64,000 nt of DNA from a virus. The stretch covers positions 32,001 through 96,000 of IMG/VR virus record IMGVR_UViG_3300044716_001642. The stretch is one strand, 5' to 3'. Positions 29,097 to 40,418 of this stretch are shown piece after piece. The translations under genes and the position numbers were made by a program. The notes below the pieces were generated by a model. It had not been told where the DNA came from. It ran no database searches and was given only the letters and a program-made list of their open reading frames with translations. How positions within the stretch are numbered: the first letter of the stretch is position 1; every line of letters starts with the position of its first letter.

Positions 29097-30629
29097 CTAA
29101 TGTTTATTATTGTGTTGTCCATATTTTTTAAATTTAAAACCGAAAATCCATTCCATCATCTTTCTGTGAAAGATATTAGGTGTTTTGGTAAGAAAGAATA
29201 TTACATCATCATTACCAAATGGTCTACATTCGCATTCACCTTTTTTTGGTTTATTGAAAAAATTGTCCTGTATATATGTTAAATCTCCTTTAACGGATGT
29301 CAATAGATATTTTGAATTATCATCCATATTTCTTTCTCTCTAGTCTAACTTCTTTCCTCTTCAAGTCAAGTTTTTTGATTTGTTCTTCGAGTTTCTTATT
29401 TCTGTGTTTTCCAAAATCGAAACGAAAAGCCCCAGTGGAGATTACTCGCTCTTGGAGTCTTGAAATCTGTCTATCCAGCTTTTGTAATTTTTTAAAAATG
29501 GTCGAAAGTACACGACTCGAACGTGTGCCACTCGTACGTCTACGGCTGTTCTCTCCTCCTAAACTAACTTTCGAAATTTTCACACGTCTAAATCTTTTAA
29601 CTGGTTGCCGAGTTTATATTGCAACTCTATAATATTTTGTACAGATTTTTTAATCCTATGAACAATTTCAGAATCTTCGCGTTCTGTTTTTCTTTCATTT
29701 CCACAAGGCTCTAGATTAGGATGTTCATTGGGATTAGAAACCCATTCCAATCTTTCAATTAAAGTTTCTTGAAGTGCGGAAAGTTTTTCAATTGCATATT
29801 CCAATTCTGAGAGTTGTTCATAAACTGGAATTATTTTTACTTCCTCTGGATGAGGTTTTGGATAGTTGTTTTGTTTGTAGTATTTTTGATCCTCTGGATG
29901 AGGTTCTAGATAATTATTTTGTTTATCTTCGCTTCTTGCTTCGTAGTTGTATTTATTCATAATGTTAATTTACTTTAATTTTCTGATAACCAATTTCTTC
30001 AATTACTTCACCATCTTTAAGCAAACGGTGCTTATAGTTCTGATTATAATAACTTTTCAACATAGCCCAAGCACCTTCCGCAAATGATTTTTGCATACAA
30101 TCATAAGGATATAAAAGTGACCATCGATTATGTTCGGGCGTATCAGGATATTCCCAAAATCTTTCTATTTTGTAAAGGCTTTTCATACTTCTCCCTTTGC
30201 TTTTTTCATTTTGTGAATGTTTTTATAATCTACAGTACCGATAGTATCTGAATGCTCAAACATTTGAACAACATAAGCATAAGCATCATAAAGACCTTCC
30301 GAATATCTCCTGTAATACTCGTCTCTCATCATATCATTTTTTAGACCCTCATTTAATTTTTTATGGTGAAGAGCCATATAATAGATGTTGTTTAAGAGTT
30401 TTTTGTTAGTCATGGTACATTTTTTCATTTAAAGTTTGAATTGCTTATCATTTCCAAAATGTATTGAACAAAGCATATCCACGCATCCATGAATTTCTCT
30501 CATTAAATTGGCATGAGGGTTGCTAAAAAGGCTTTCTGGGTAATCAAAACCAGTAGAAATAGAACGAACTGGTTCTAGTGTTTCAGAATCTTTTATTGTA
30601 ATTTCAATAAAGTATCTTTTATCCTTCAT
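29097..30629 (-). CDS. Six small hypothetical proteins
   Basis: Abutting ORFs 29097-29327, 29320-29583, 29580-29960, 29965-30186, 30183-30428, 30429-30629. Confidence 0.55.
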
Positions 30630-30635
30630 ATAACC

Positions 30636-30663
30636 AGTATAGATTATTTGTAGGAAAAGTCAA
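30636..30663 (-). promoter_or_regulatory. sigma70-like promoter
   Basis: TTGACT-16 nt-TATACT upstream of ATG at 30629. Confidence 0.55.
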
Positions 30664-30676
30664 GCTTCTTTAAGAT

Positions 30677-31510
30677 TTAATGTTGTCCGCCTTCCCATGT
30701 GCTACCACACGGACCCCCGCTCTGATTAGCTTCAATCATGATATCTTCCCCTTCAGGAGTTATTAACGGAAGATAATGCTTGCTAATACGTTCTGTTGTT
30801 TTTGGAACATAATGGCAAATAAATGATCTGCGAAATCTGTCTTTGGATCGATTTGGTCCGGAGCCATGAATTGAAGAGCCATTAAAGAATAATGTATCTC
30901 CTGACTTCATAATACAGGGAACAGCTTTTTTTCCTTTTGGAGTTGGTACAAGATGCGTTGTAAATGACTCATTAGCATTAGCTTCTTTAGGACATATGAT
31001 CTCCTCTTCTGCTGTATCTGACACAAGGTACATTCCTCCGTTATCAGGATCAGCATCATCAATTGCTGTCCATGCTGCAACACACGTTTGCGGCTCAACT
31101 AAAAGATAGAAATTGTCTTGATGCATTGCTTGTCCCTTAGAACCAGGTGGTTTATAATAAAACATACTCTGTGCGGCAAGTACATCTTCTTGCATGAGGT
31201 CTTTCAAGCAAAAAAGAACACCCGAATGAACAAGATTCTTACGAGATACTGCGTTGAAACGGTGCGGTTGCATCACTCTTGGAAATTCTTTTAAAGGATC
31301 TCCGTTTGATTCTTCTTTGGACACAGGGTAAAAATAATCTTCAATAGTACCATTCTTTGCAATTTGATCAAAGGTATTTTTAATTTCCTCGACCTCCGCT
31401 TTGGAAAACAAGCCACGAGCAACAGCATATCCGTGTTGTTTAAATGATTCTCTCATTTCATCCAAATTAACAGATTCAGGAAGAATATAATTGTCGTTTG
31501 TTGTGCTCAT
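30677..31510 (-). CDS. Phytanoyl-CoA dioxygenase (PhyH)-family 2OG-Fe(II) dioxygenase
   Basis: QSMFYYKPPG...HQDNFY, AWTAIDDA...NGGM, GDTLFF....IHGSGPN.S..RFR. Confidence 0.92.
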   Translation of the reverse strand: MSTTNDNYILPESVNLDEMRESFKQHGYAVARGLFSKAEVEEIKNTFDQIAKNGTIEDYFYPVSKEESNGDPLKEFPRVMQPHRFNAVSRKNLVHSGVLFCLKDLMQEDVLAAQSMFYYKPPGSKGQAMHQDNFYLLVEPQTCVAAWTAIDDADPDNGGMYLVSDTAEEEIICPKEANANESFTTHLVPTPKGKKAVPCIMKSGDTLFFNGSSIHGSGPNRSKDRFRRSFICHYVPKTTERISKHYLPLITPEGEDIMIEANQSGGPCGSTWEGGQH

Positions 31511-31534
31511 ATATATGATATTTATTTTAAATAA

Positions 31535-34500
31535 TTACACTAACTCCAGCCAATTTGTATCATCTGGCATTATTTCTACCTTCACTCCGGCTTCTTTGGA
31601 TTTTTCTATAATGTCATGTAAAACTCCGTGACCGTACATATTGGTTCCATAAGCATCTGTGTGACATTTATAAACAGAACCAGAATAGCCTTCAAACAAA
31701 TAGAAATTTTCTTCTTGTGTGGCTCTTGTGATGCCGCTATTCATCTTCCAAGAATCGCCATTCAAATAACCTCCATACCAACAAGCAAATACTTTATAAG
31801 TCAAAGGAAATTTTCCTCCCTCGATCTTAACAACTAGCCATTTATGAGGAATGTATTCGTTATTCATTTAATGAAGATTCTTCTAATGCTTTTTTTGCAA
31901 CATTTTTATACCATTCGACGTTATTAAATGGTTCTTTATCAGAAGGAGCAAGGGCAATTTCATTCAATGCTTCTTGAAGAATAAAATATTGTTTGGTAAC
32001 TTCTACAATTTGTTTTTGCCAAATTGCTGCGTATGCTGCCTCAATCATAGTTTATTTTTTACTAATAAGGGTTCTAGCTAATTCACAAAGATAGGCAAGT
32101 GGAGCAGTTAACAAAATAAAAGTTCCTAACCAAATCCAAAAGGAGGAAAATATAAATTGTAGTATTTGTAGCATAATTTTTATTTTTTAATCATTTCTGC
32201 TGCTTTTTCTACCAGATAAACTTTTGGAGCGACTTTAATTTGAATCACATCTTTAACATCACGAAAAAGAACTACCAGTAAAGATATTGCAATAGGAATA
32301 GTAAAAACGAGAGTTATAATCATCAATGGATGTTCATCTTTAAAAGATTCAATGAGATATGTTTTGAATTTAATATAAAGACTAAAAATAATTAATAATA
32401 AAATTAAAATTCCTACGATATTAATCAATCCACTATAAAAATTCCAAATCAAAAATTCTTGAATAAACAAAGGAACTTCTGCATTTGCCCAATTTGTTAC
32501 ATTGCTTGCTTGTTCTATAATCCAGTTTTGTATATTTTGATTCATAATTTTAATTTTCAATAATATCAAACCAAGTCAATTCTACTTCTTCATTTGTTTC
32601 TTCAAGTATAACGCCAGTTGAAGAAGAAGCGACACTGATTTTTTTAACTGTATATATTTCTCCAGAAACTAGCTTCTTTGCATTCTCAATTCTGTTAGTA
32701 AACCAATGTATGGTAGATTCTCTAAATCTAATCTTGTCTCCAACTTTGGTATTTAAATATGTTGCGTATTTTTTAGGTATCATTTTTTCTTAATTGTGCT
32801 ATCTCTTCTTTAAGTTTTCTGTTCTCAAGAATAAGATCTGTAATTACATCGTGTTGAGCTATAACAAAAGGATTTTTAGTATGTTTTTTAAGCACACCTC
32901 TTTTCACATAGAAATCCAAAGTTTCTTCTGTATACTCTTTAATCCAATGCCCTTGTTCTTTAAATTTTTTCATCTCTTGCAAATAGAATGTTTCGCTTCC
33001 CTCATCATAAACAAACAATTCTCCGTCATCAATTCTTTCGTAAAATATATTCATTTAGAATAAAAAATAATTAAAATTAAAATAAAAACAATCGCAACAG
33101 ACAGCATAATTGAAGTATCGATTAAATGTCTCAGAAATTTATTAGTAGCTTTTTTAAATTCTTGTAGCTCTTTTTGTAGTTTTTCCATTCTTTCCTCTGC
33201 AATTGCTTTGTTTCCGTATATTTCAGCCGAAATATAATGTAGTTCAGACTGCAATGCATTTAGATCTTTGCTTGTGTCGTTTGCTAATAGTTCTATGTCT
33301 TTTTTAATACGCTGAATGTGTTCGCAATCAATTAGACTATTATTAATAATTTCTGAGTCAATTGTTAAACCGTTTGATCCTATAGGATTAGGAACTGCTG
33401 CATTATAATCGTATTTCATTGCGTTAAATGGGTATGATGTAAAATCATTTCCTACAGCTGCTCCAAAACCAAAATCTGATTTGTTATAATCTTGTTTCAT
33501 GTTAATTCTGGATTAGCGAATTTATTTCCAATTACCTTAACATCACGATAATCGTTTAAATGTGGCAACCAAAAAAAGCTAAGAGTTCCTTCATGCTTAA
33601 TAAATTTTGCCAAATATGCTCCTTCAACAAATTGAATTTCTGCTCTGTGTAAACCTTCTCTATCTTTTCTTTTTAATTCAATTATATCGCCTTCCCATAT
33701 TTCATTTCCAAAATCATCCTTTAATCCTGTATATTGGGAAGGGACTAGAATACTCCATTCTCTTTCATCAAACAATTCATCTACATAGCCGTTGTATTTG
33801 TATTGTTCTACAAATGCTTTTCCTTGCGGACTCCAGAAACGAAACTTTATGCTTCTCATCTTGTTTTTAAGATTTCTTTGACTTGCTCTGGAGTCCAACC
33901 TTTTTGAATTGCTTCTTTAATAAGATTGGCTTTAATTTCTTTCTCTTTCACCTCACTATATGTCAAAAAGCCTATAAAGATTATACCAAAAGCAACGAGA
34001 GTCATACAAGCTACATTAAACGGATCAATTTGTGTGTTCATATTATTTATTAATTAAATCTTCGTAATTTTTATTCAAGGTTTCTAGATAATGCGCAAAG
34101 TCGTCAATTTTCTGATCCTCATTGCTTACGTTATAGACATAATCAAAAAGAAAGTCTTTACCTTGCTCCGTAAGGTTTAAACCTTCAGATAATCTTTCAA
34201 AGTAGTCGTCTTGAACATCTCTGAGCTTTTCAAAGAAACTCTTAACTTCATAAATCGCGTCTTCTGGATGCTTGCCTTCCGGCGTGTATGGTTTTGTATA
34301 GTCACTCATTTCTCTATTGTATAGGTTGTTTTTAATTTTACAAGCTCAAATTCTAAAAAATTTTCATTACCGTAATTCGGTGTACCGTTGAAAACACTGC
34401 GCCTCAAGAACGTTTCTAAATATCCTTTCGTTCTGGAAATTGTGCAATGTCTGAAGTCTACCAATGTTATAACTGTTACTGTTAGCTCCAACTCATCGGT

Positions 34501-34605
34501 TTCAAATTCGACCCATTTTTTTGTAGGTTTATGTCTAAGAGCATACATATGCTCATAAAATGTTTCATTTTTTCCTATCGACGTCATTGTAACAATATAT
34601 TGCAA
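31535..34605 (-). CDS. Run of about ten small hypothetical proteins (several membrane-anchored), excluding the YopX gene listed separately
   Basis: Abutting ORFs in the track; hydrophobic segments in 32180-32569, 33051-33500 and 33856-34041. Confidence 0.5.
33497..33898 (-). CDS. YopX-family protein
   Basis: IKFRFW, SQYTGLKDDFGNEIWEGDII, KVIGNKF. Confidence 0.85.
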   Translation of the reverse strand: MDSRASQRNLKNKMRSIKFRFWSPQGKAFVEQYKYNGYVDELFDEREWSILVPSQYTGLKDDFGNEIWEGDIIELKRKDREGLHRAEIQFVEGAYLAKFIKHEGTLSFFWLPHLNDYRDVKVIGNKFANPELT

Positions 34606-34655
34606 AAGCAGCTGAGATTAATGTTATAATAAATGTAAAAATCGCCATTTCCATA

Positions 34656-35318
34656 TTATTCGTATTGTTTTAGAGTTATTTTTCCCTCTTCATCAATTTT
34701 GGCATAGGTGATTGGCAGTTCGCATTGGGAACCCAAATTTACACACTCTATTCCAGCAACATGGTATTGCTTAGGAACATGGGTGTGACCAAAACAAACC
34801 GCGTCGTATTTATGATTATAGCAATGTTGGGCAATTCGAACGGTTAAGTCGTGCGCCGCGCCGTGCCAAGTTTTAATCTTGGTTTTAAGCTTTCTTGTGA
34901 GTTTTTGTTTCTTGTCTAACTTTTGCAAAAGATAATATACGCCGGAAGCAAGTTCTGTTAAAAATGGTCTAGCGGTAATAAAGAAATCAAATTTGTCTCC
35001 GTGAGTGAAAAGAATTTTTTTTCTATTAATTTCCTGAACGTATTCATCCACAAATTCAAAGCCTAGAAGAGCCGAAATTGTTTCTAAATCTTTATCATGG
35101 TTTCCTTTAATAAAGATACATTTCTTGTCTTTTGAAATTTTCCTCAATGCAGAGAGGACTTTCCATTGCTTCTTGCAAAGTCTATGAATGTTATAACTAT
35201 CTAACAGGTCGCCGCAAATCACTAAAGTATCATATTGTTCATTTTCTAAAAGATGCAACGTTAAGCTGGCTTGGCATATTGGACTGCCTAAATGAATGTC
35301 AGATAGTGCTAAAATCAT
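34656..35318 (-). CDS. LpxH-like metallophosphoesterase
   Basis: LSDIHLG, CGDLLD, GNHD, HGDKFD, FGHTH. Confidence 0.8.
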   Translation of the reverse strand: MILALSDIHLGSPICQASLTLHLLENEQYDTLVICGDLLDSYNIHRLCKKQWKVLSALRKISKDKKCIFIKGNHDKDLETISALLGFEFVDEYVQEINRKKILFTHGDKFDFFITARPFLTELASGVYYLLQKLDKKQKLTRKLKTKIKTWHGAAHDLTVRIAQHCYNHKYDAVCFGHTHVPKQYHVAGIECVNLGSQCELPITYAKIDEEGKITLKQYE

Positions 35319-35319
35319 A

Positions 35320-35610
35320 TTATTGTTTTCCGTATTTGTTCCAAAGAATTAACATTGTAATTGCAGACAAAAGTCCACCCAATGCGCAAACAAAAACCCA
35401 AATGTTATTACTTCCGAATGTGGCATATACAATAGAAAACATATGACCCGAAACTACCAAACCTAAAGAGCCAACCGAAATATCTTTAGCAGATTTAATT
35501 TTTATGGTTTTAATTATTTGGGGTATAGTGCAAATCAAATAACAAAAAGTCATTAATAGTCCAGATGCTTGATATACTAATTCTTTAATCATATATTCCA
35601 AGTTGTCCAA
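35320..35610 (-). CDS. PQ-loop / SemiSWEET-like membrane protein
   Basis: Three hydrophobic helices; IPQIIKTIKIKSAKDIS. Confidence 0.8.
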   Translation of the reverse strand: MDNLEYMIKELVYQASGLLMTFCYLICTIPQIIKTIKIKSAKDISVGSLGLVVSGHMFSIVYATFGSNNIWVFVCALGGLLSAITMLILWNKYGKQ

Positions 35611-36358
35611 GATACCGTATCAAAACATTGGTCGCATGGCTCTGGATCGTGCTCGTAATCATCATATTGAAACAATTTCACAACATCTTCTAGAAGAATT
35701 GTTTGTTCATTGATTCCCTCTTTAATTTTTACAAAAAGATAATCTAGCATTTCTTTATACTCCTGTTCTGAAACTTCAGGAAATTGCTTATCGTTTACCG
35801 TAAAATTAAATGCAGTGCATCCAGTCGTTTCAACAAACTTATATTTAGTTTTTTCCATGAGCTTCTTGTATTTCTTTTTCAACCATTTCATTTAATTCAT
35901 CCATGTCTAATTTGCTTTGCGCTTGTATATAATAACTAAAAACAAAAGCCGTCAACATTAGGGCAATAATAATTAAAAAAAATAAAATCTTTTCAAGAAT
36001 TGGCGTTATAGTCTTCATATTCTTTTGCTCCTTCTGCTGCTTCTTTATATAGAGAGGGACCGATTACAACTAATGGATCCGCTTTGGCTAATTCATAAAC
36101 ATGAAGAGCAGTACCATAAAGTTTTTTGGCTATTTTTTCCAGTTTTTGATTTAATATTCCAACTGGCTCACAACAATAACAACTTCCTTGAAAGCCTTCT
36201 ATAAAATTTTCTTTTTGTTTTTGTACAAGAATTCTACCATATCTTTTAATGGCTTCGTTTGTATAATAATCTAACTTTTCTATGCATCCATCAGCAGATA
36301 AACCGCTTTCATAAAATGCAAACTCTTCAAGTTGTTCCAAGTTCTTCGCTGTCGTCAT
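35589..36358 (-). CDS. Two hypothetical proteins (35589-35891, 35993-36358)
   Basis: ORF track. Confidence 0.5.
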
Positions 36359-36839
36359 TTTTTTCTCCTTTTGCGTCTTTCTCTTTCCAATAAGCTTCGG
36401 TTGATTCGTCGCAAGCTTTGTATCCTAGCTTTCTTGCTTCTTCGTAACAGAGAGTCATATACCAGCCCCCTTTTGAGCAAAGGCGACCATATTCTCCAGA
36501 GACTTCACAAACTTGAGCGGAACGCCTTTCTGTTTCTGTAATTATGTCGTCTATAATATCCCATTCTATTCTTGATCCACCTTCCCCACTGTAATAAAAA
36601 CTGAGTGTTGCGAGTTTTGATTTTATTTGTGTAGCTACAACCTGAATTGGGCTACCATTCTTTGTACAAAGATCACAAAAGTACTGGAGTTTTTCCATGC
36701 ATTTATCAAGAAGATCATTCCAACCATCGCCATCTGTTTCAATTCCAAAAGCCATGCATGTCTGCATTGGATCCCCTCTATAATCTCTTAGAATTTTTGG
36801 ATACTTTTTAACAAATTCAAGCTCTGTCTCGTATTTCAT
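36327..36839 (-). CDS. Hypothetical phage protein (start revised to MKYETEL)
   Basis: QIKSKLATLSFY...CEVSG..G; promoter at 36847-36874. Confidence 0.65.
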   Translation of the reverse strand: MKYETELEFVKKYPKILRDYRGDPMQTCMAFGIETDGDGWNDLLDKCMEKLQYFCDLCTKNGSPIQVVATQIKSKLATLSFYYSGEGGSRIEWDIIDDIITETERRSAQVCEVSGEYGRLCSKGGWYMTLCYEEARKLGYKACDESTEAYWKEKDAKGEKNDDSEELGTT

Positions 36840-36846
36840 ATAAACA

Positions 36847-36888
36847 ATATTAATATATTTTTGAAAGAAGTCAATAGAAAAATACAAT
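36847..36888. promoter_or_regulatory. Overlapping divergent sigma70-like promoters
   Basis: Minus strand TTGACT-16-TAATAT (36874-36847); plus strand TTGAAA-16-TACAAT (36861-36888). Confidence 0.5.
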
Positions 36889-36907
36889 ACAAAAGATAAA
36901 TAATTAT

Positions 36908-37888
36908 ATGACCGAATTAAATAATGCGGAACGCGAAGAGTTTATATGCCAAGCATATCTTAACAGAACCCATACTACGACACAACTTCAAAAAGAATTT
37001 AAAATATATCCAAATGAAATATACAAGGTATTAAAAAAGAATAATATAGAACTTAGAGGATCGAGCTTGCCAAAAGAAAAGGCGTTAAAAATTTGTGAAG
37101 AATATAAAAACGGAAAAAGCTTAAAGAAGGTGTGTGAGGAGCTGAGTGTAGCTGAATCTACAATATTAAAAATTATAAAAAAGTATAAAATAGAGACAAG
37201 AAAAGAAGCTGGACAATTTCCAAGAAAATATAATTTAGATGAAACAATATTAAAAAATATAGACACGTTCGAAAAGGCTCAGTTTTTGGGATTAATATAC
37301 TCGGATGGATCTCTATCTAAATACAGTAAAAATATATCAATTAGATTAAGAGAAGATGATAAAGATTACTTGGATGATTGGAGAATTAATTTTTTAAAAA
37401 CTAACAAACCATTGGGTTATACATATACTCCAAAAATGGTGGGACCAATTACAGGAAAAGTTTATAATAAAACCTTAGGAGCTAGCATTCTTGATATTTC
37501 ATCTATAAACATATATAAAGATGCATTAAAATTGGGATTGTGTCCAAATAAAACTAAAGCAAATCTACCAATGCCAAACATTCCAGAAGAACTAAAAATA
37601 GCATTTATTTTAGGATTATTTGAAGGGGATGGAACTATAACTTACAGCCCAAATAACAGAACCAGATATTTTTCCATAGCTTGTCAAGAAAATATGGGAT
37701 TAGATATTAAAAGGTATTTTGATTCTATTGGATTATTTTCTTCTTTTAAGAAACAAAAATATATATGTACAGTTACAATTGCACGTAAAAACGATCTCGA
37801 AAAACTTTATAATTTGCTCTATCAAGATGCATCAATATACATGAAAAGAAAGAAGTTAAAATTTGAGGAAGCCCTAAATGCTTTTTAA
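36908..37888 (+). mobile_element. Free-standing double-motif LAGLIDADG homing endonuclease with an N-terminal HTH-like region
   Basis: FLGLIYSDGS and FILGLFEGDGT; antisense to all neighbours. Confidence 0.85.
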
Positions 37889-37894
37889 CTCTTA

Positions 37895-38170
37895 CTATTC
37901 TTCCCAACACCAATTTTTATAATCCCAATGTCTGGAGTCGTAAATTCTAAAGCCGGCCTCAAACCCCAAAAAATTTAAATTTATACCCAAGCCGCCATGA
38001 TCTTTTGTAATTGGAGAAAAATCTAATTCAAATTGAAAAATGTTATCTCCTGAATAAAATGTTTCGAATTCTACATTTTTATATTTAGACAGCTGTTTAT
38101 AAAATGAAAAATACTTTTCAAATTCTTTTCTTGGTTTGCAAAAGTTCCTTATTGTAAAATTAAAATACAT
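37895..38170 (-). CDS. Hypothetical protein
   Basis: 91-aa ORF; promoter TTGACT-16-TAATAT at 38177-38204. Confidence 0.55.
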   Translation of the reverse strand: MYFNFTIRNFCKPRKEFEKYFSFYKQLSKYKNVEFETFYSGDNIFQFELDFSPITKDHGGLGINLNFLGFEAGFRIYDSRHWDYKNWCWEE

Positions 38171-38244
38171 CCATCTATATTAGCTTTTTTTGTAAGAAAG
38201 TCAATAAAAATCTATGTGGTGAAGTAGGTTGTTGGATTTGGTTT

Positions 38245-38487
38245 TTAGAATGGAGGCCAGACCGTGCGCCATTCTATTGAGCCGCTCGGCGTTCTGTACC
38301 AATAACCACCAGCAGGAGAACTACCCCTCCATACTGCCCCTCCGTTAGCGAAGTAACCCCAATCGCCAGGGGAACCTGGAAATGGAGGGGGTGAGAGCAA
38401 AGGATCGTTCCCGACACCACTTCCAGAAATTGAAAGGAGAGCCCTGCCTTGAATTTTGGTATTTCCTTGTAGTTTAATGTTTGCCAT
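38245..38487 (-). CDS. Small Gly/Pro/Trp-rich protein, possibly virion-associated
   Basis: MANIKLQGNTKIQG...; AGTGTA motif upstream. Confidence 0.55.
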   Translation of the reverse strand: MANIKLQGNTKIQGRALLSISGSGVGNDPLLSPPPFPGSPGDWGYFANGGAVWRGSSPAGGYWYRTPSGSIEWRTVWPPF

Positions 38488-38563
38488 AATATTTTAAAAA
38501 TTGTTTAGTTGTTTGTGTACTTTATCTACACTATTACTTGTTTTTAGGAAGTTTTTTTTGAGA

Positions 38564-38956
38564 TTACTTTATAAATTCCGCAAAATAAACGTCTCTATCT
38601 TCTAGTCTAACCCTAACTGCTTCTTTTGCGATCTGTAGAGGGTTGTCTTTGAATGCGCGAACTCTATAACTGCCCCAAAAATCATATGTCCATAATTGAT
38701 TTTTTCCTTTTGGGTACATATATGCAACTATTGCATGACCCTTTGGTTTCTTGGTTTTTGCGTCAATCCAGTGATATACAACTACTTCAGACCAAACATC
38801 ATATTTTTGCAAGCCTTCTCGAAAGGCAATTGCTGTGGGAAGACAGGCATTTTTTTTCGTTTCCATCCAAGATTCTGAGTTTGTTGGAGTTGTAGAGCAA
38901 GACATTAAACAAGCTCCGATTAGTGCTAACAGTGTGTTTTTTATTTTCATATTCAT
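38564..38956 (-). CDS. Putative lipoprotein
   Basis: Signal peptide with lipobox-like LMSC; NACLPTA...GHA suggests a papain/transglutaminase-like Cys-His pair (weak). Confidence 0.5.
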   Translation of the reverse strand: MNMKIKNTLLALIGACLMSCSTTPTNSESWMETKKNACLPTAIAFREGLQKYDVWSEVVVYHWIDAKTKKPKGHAIVAYMYPKGKNQLWTYDFWGSYRVRAFKDNPLQIAKEAVRVRLEDRDVYFAEFIK

Positions 38957-38960
38957 AAAT

Positions 38961-39170
38961 TTATCTTGGCAGGTATATTGCTTTTATTGCGGCTGGATCT
39001 TCTTTCTGGCAAATTTGATAATCACCATAATACCATTCAGAAACTTGCTCGCGTACAATTGTTTCTACTGCTTCTTGAGGAGTATCGTAATCTCCTTCGT
39101 AGCCATCTACAAGCACAAGCGTTTCCGGATCTAGTTTTTGTAATACTTCAATTAGCTCTTTGACTTTCAT
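38961..39170 (-). CDS. Hypothetical protein
   Basis: MKVKELIEVLQKLDPETLVLVDGYEG. Confidence 0.55.
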   Translation of the reverse strand: MKVKELIEVLQKLDPETLVLVDGYEGDYDTPQEAVETIVREQVSEWYYGDYQICQKEDPAAIKAIYLPR

Positions 39171-40245
39171 AATTTTGATTTATAAGTTTCGCCCACTGTT
39201 CTTTCGTTATTTCTTTATTATCTAAGACGCAAAATACAAGCGCCGAATTTTCCTTAAAGTTTTTTTTGATCATTAAAGCTTGTTCTTTTCTGGTTTCGAC
39301 CATTCTTATATCATGTACCACCTCTAGAATATGGTCAATGTATTTTCTTGCCTTTTCTCCTGCTTCGCAAATTTTTTCAATTTCACTTTTTAACTGAACC
39401 GCAATCTCATAGTCGAATTCAGTTTCAATTGTTTTATAGAATTCTTGATGCGCTGGCATTTCTTTATCGATATAAAGTTCAATTAAATTCTTAGTAGAGT
39501 TTAATTCTGATTTAACAGTGTGAACTAGTCGATACCAATCTGATTTCAGTTTTATTCTATTTTGCCCGTTGTTGTAGGAAATTACTACCCCCTCTTCGCC
39601 TTTCCATTTTTGAATATGTTCGTATATTTTTGATAAGTCTCTTGCGTCGTTAAAATTATATGTCTTAGGCGTTGGGACAGTCCCAATTTTTCTCCAGATT
39701 TCAGTCAACTCCGGAGATGGAACTACAGTCAAATCATCTTTGTTTATTGCGCCAAGAAGATAAAATTCAACTTCTTTTGGTCTAATAACTATAACATTGT
39801 TTGGCGTAACAATTTCAAACAAAATAGTGAGATGAGAATTTTGTTTTAAAAACTCTACTACATTTGGATATTTTTCAGGAAGTATTTCAAAATCTTTTGC
39901 ATTGGCTAGGGTTGTATAAGAAACGGTTCCTCTAGTTCTCATGGAAAATTGACCGTTCACATAGTCACAAATTACCAATGAGCCGTCTTTTTTTTCTTCA
40001 TACTTCCAGTCACTAAAATGTTCCGCATTTGGATAACAGTCTGGCTTTTCGCCATAATTAAAGAACTTTGGCCAGCCTGAAGATAGAACATTTGCCTGAT
40101 TGTCAGTAATGAGGGAACGATAAAATAAATTGCTACTATTCCATTTTGCATCCCTTTCTGGCGTTATCAAATAACAATCCAGACCACAAAATTTATTTGG
40201 AACAATATTAAAATACCCCTCTTCTATAGGAAGATTAACTTTCAT
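39148..40245 (-). CDS. RNA ligase, T4 Rnl1-like
   Basis: KFFNYGE, motif I EEKKDGSL, TRG, LFEIV, EEGVVI, RIKLKSDWY. Confidence 0.88.
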   Translation of the reverse strand: MKVNLPIEEGYFNIVPNKFCGLDCYLITPERDAKWNSSNLFYRSLITDNQANVLSSGWPKFFNYGEKPDCYPNAEHFSDWKYEEKKDGSLVICDYVNGQFSMRTRGTVSYTTLANAKDFEILPEKYPNVVEFLKQNSHLTILFEIVTPNNVIVIRPKEVEFYLLGAINKDDLTVVPSPELTEIWRKIGTVPTPKTYNFNDARDLSKIYEHIQKWKGEEGVVISYNNGQNRIKLKSDWYRLVHTVKSELNSTKNLIELYIDKEMPAHQEFYKTIETEFDYEIAVQLKSEIEKICEAGEKARKYIDHILEVVHDIRMVETRKEQALMIKKNFKENSALVFCVLDNKEITKEQWAKLINQNYESQRAN

Positions 40246-40418
40246 GTTGATTACAATATATTTTTTTTACAAAAAATCAAAACAAATATTAGAACCAATA
40301 TAAATAACGCTCATCTTGTATTTTTAAACTAATGCAGTTTTTTTTAAAATATTAAATAAATATAAATAATTCTAATCGTAACTGGATAAAGTTGCTCAGG
40401 TCTTGGGACGCGGAAGTT

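Noticed and set aside
36908-37888. Group I intron or intein hosting the LAGLIDADG
   Set aside because: The flanking ORFs have their own starts, stops and promoters and are not halves of one gene; no intein terminal motifs are present
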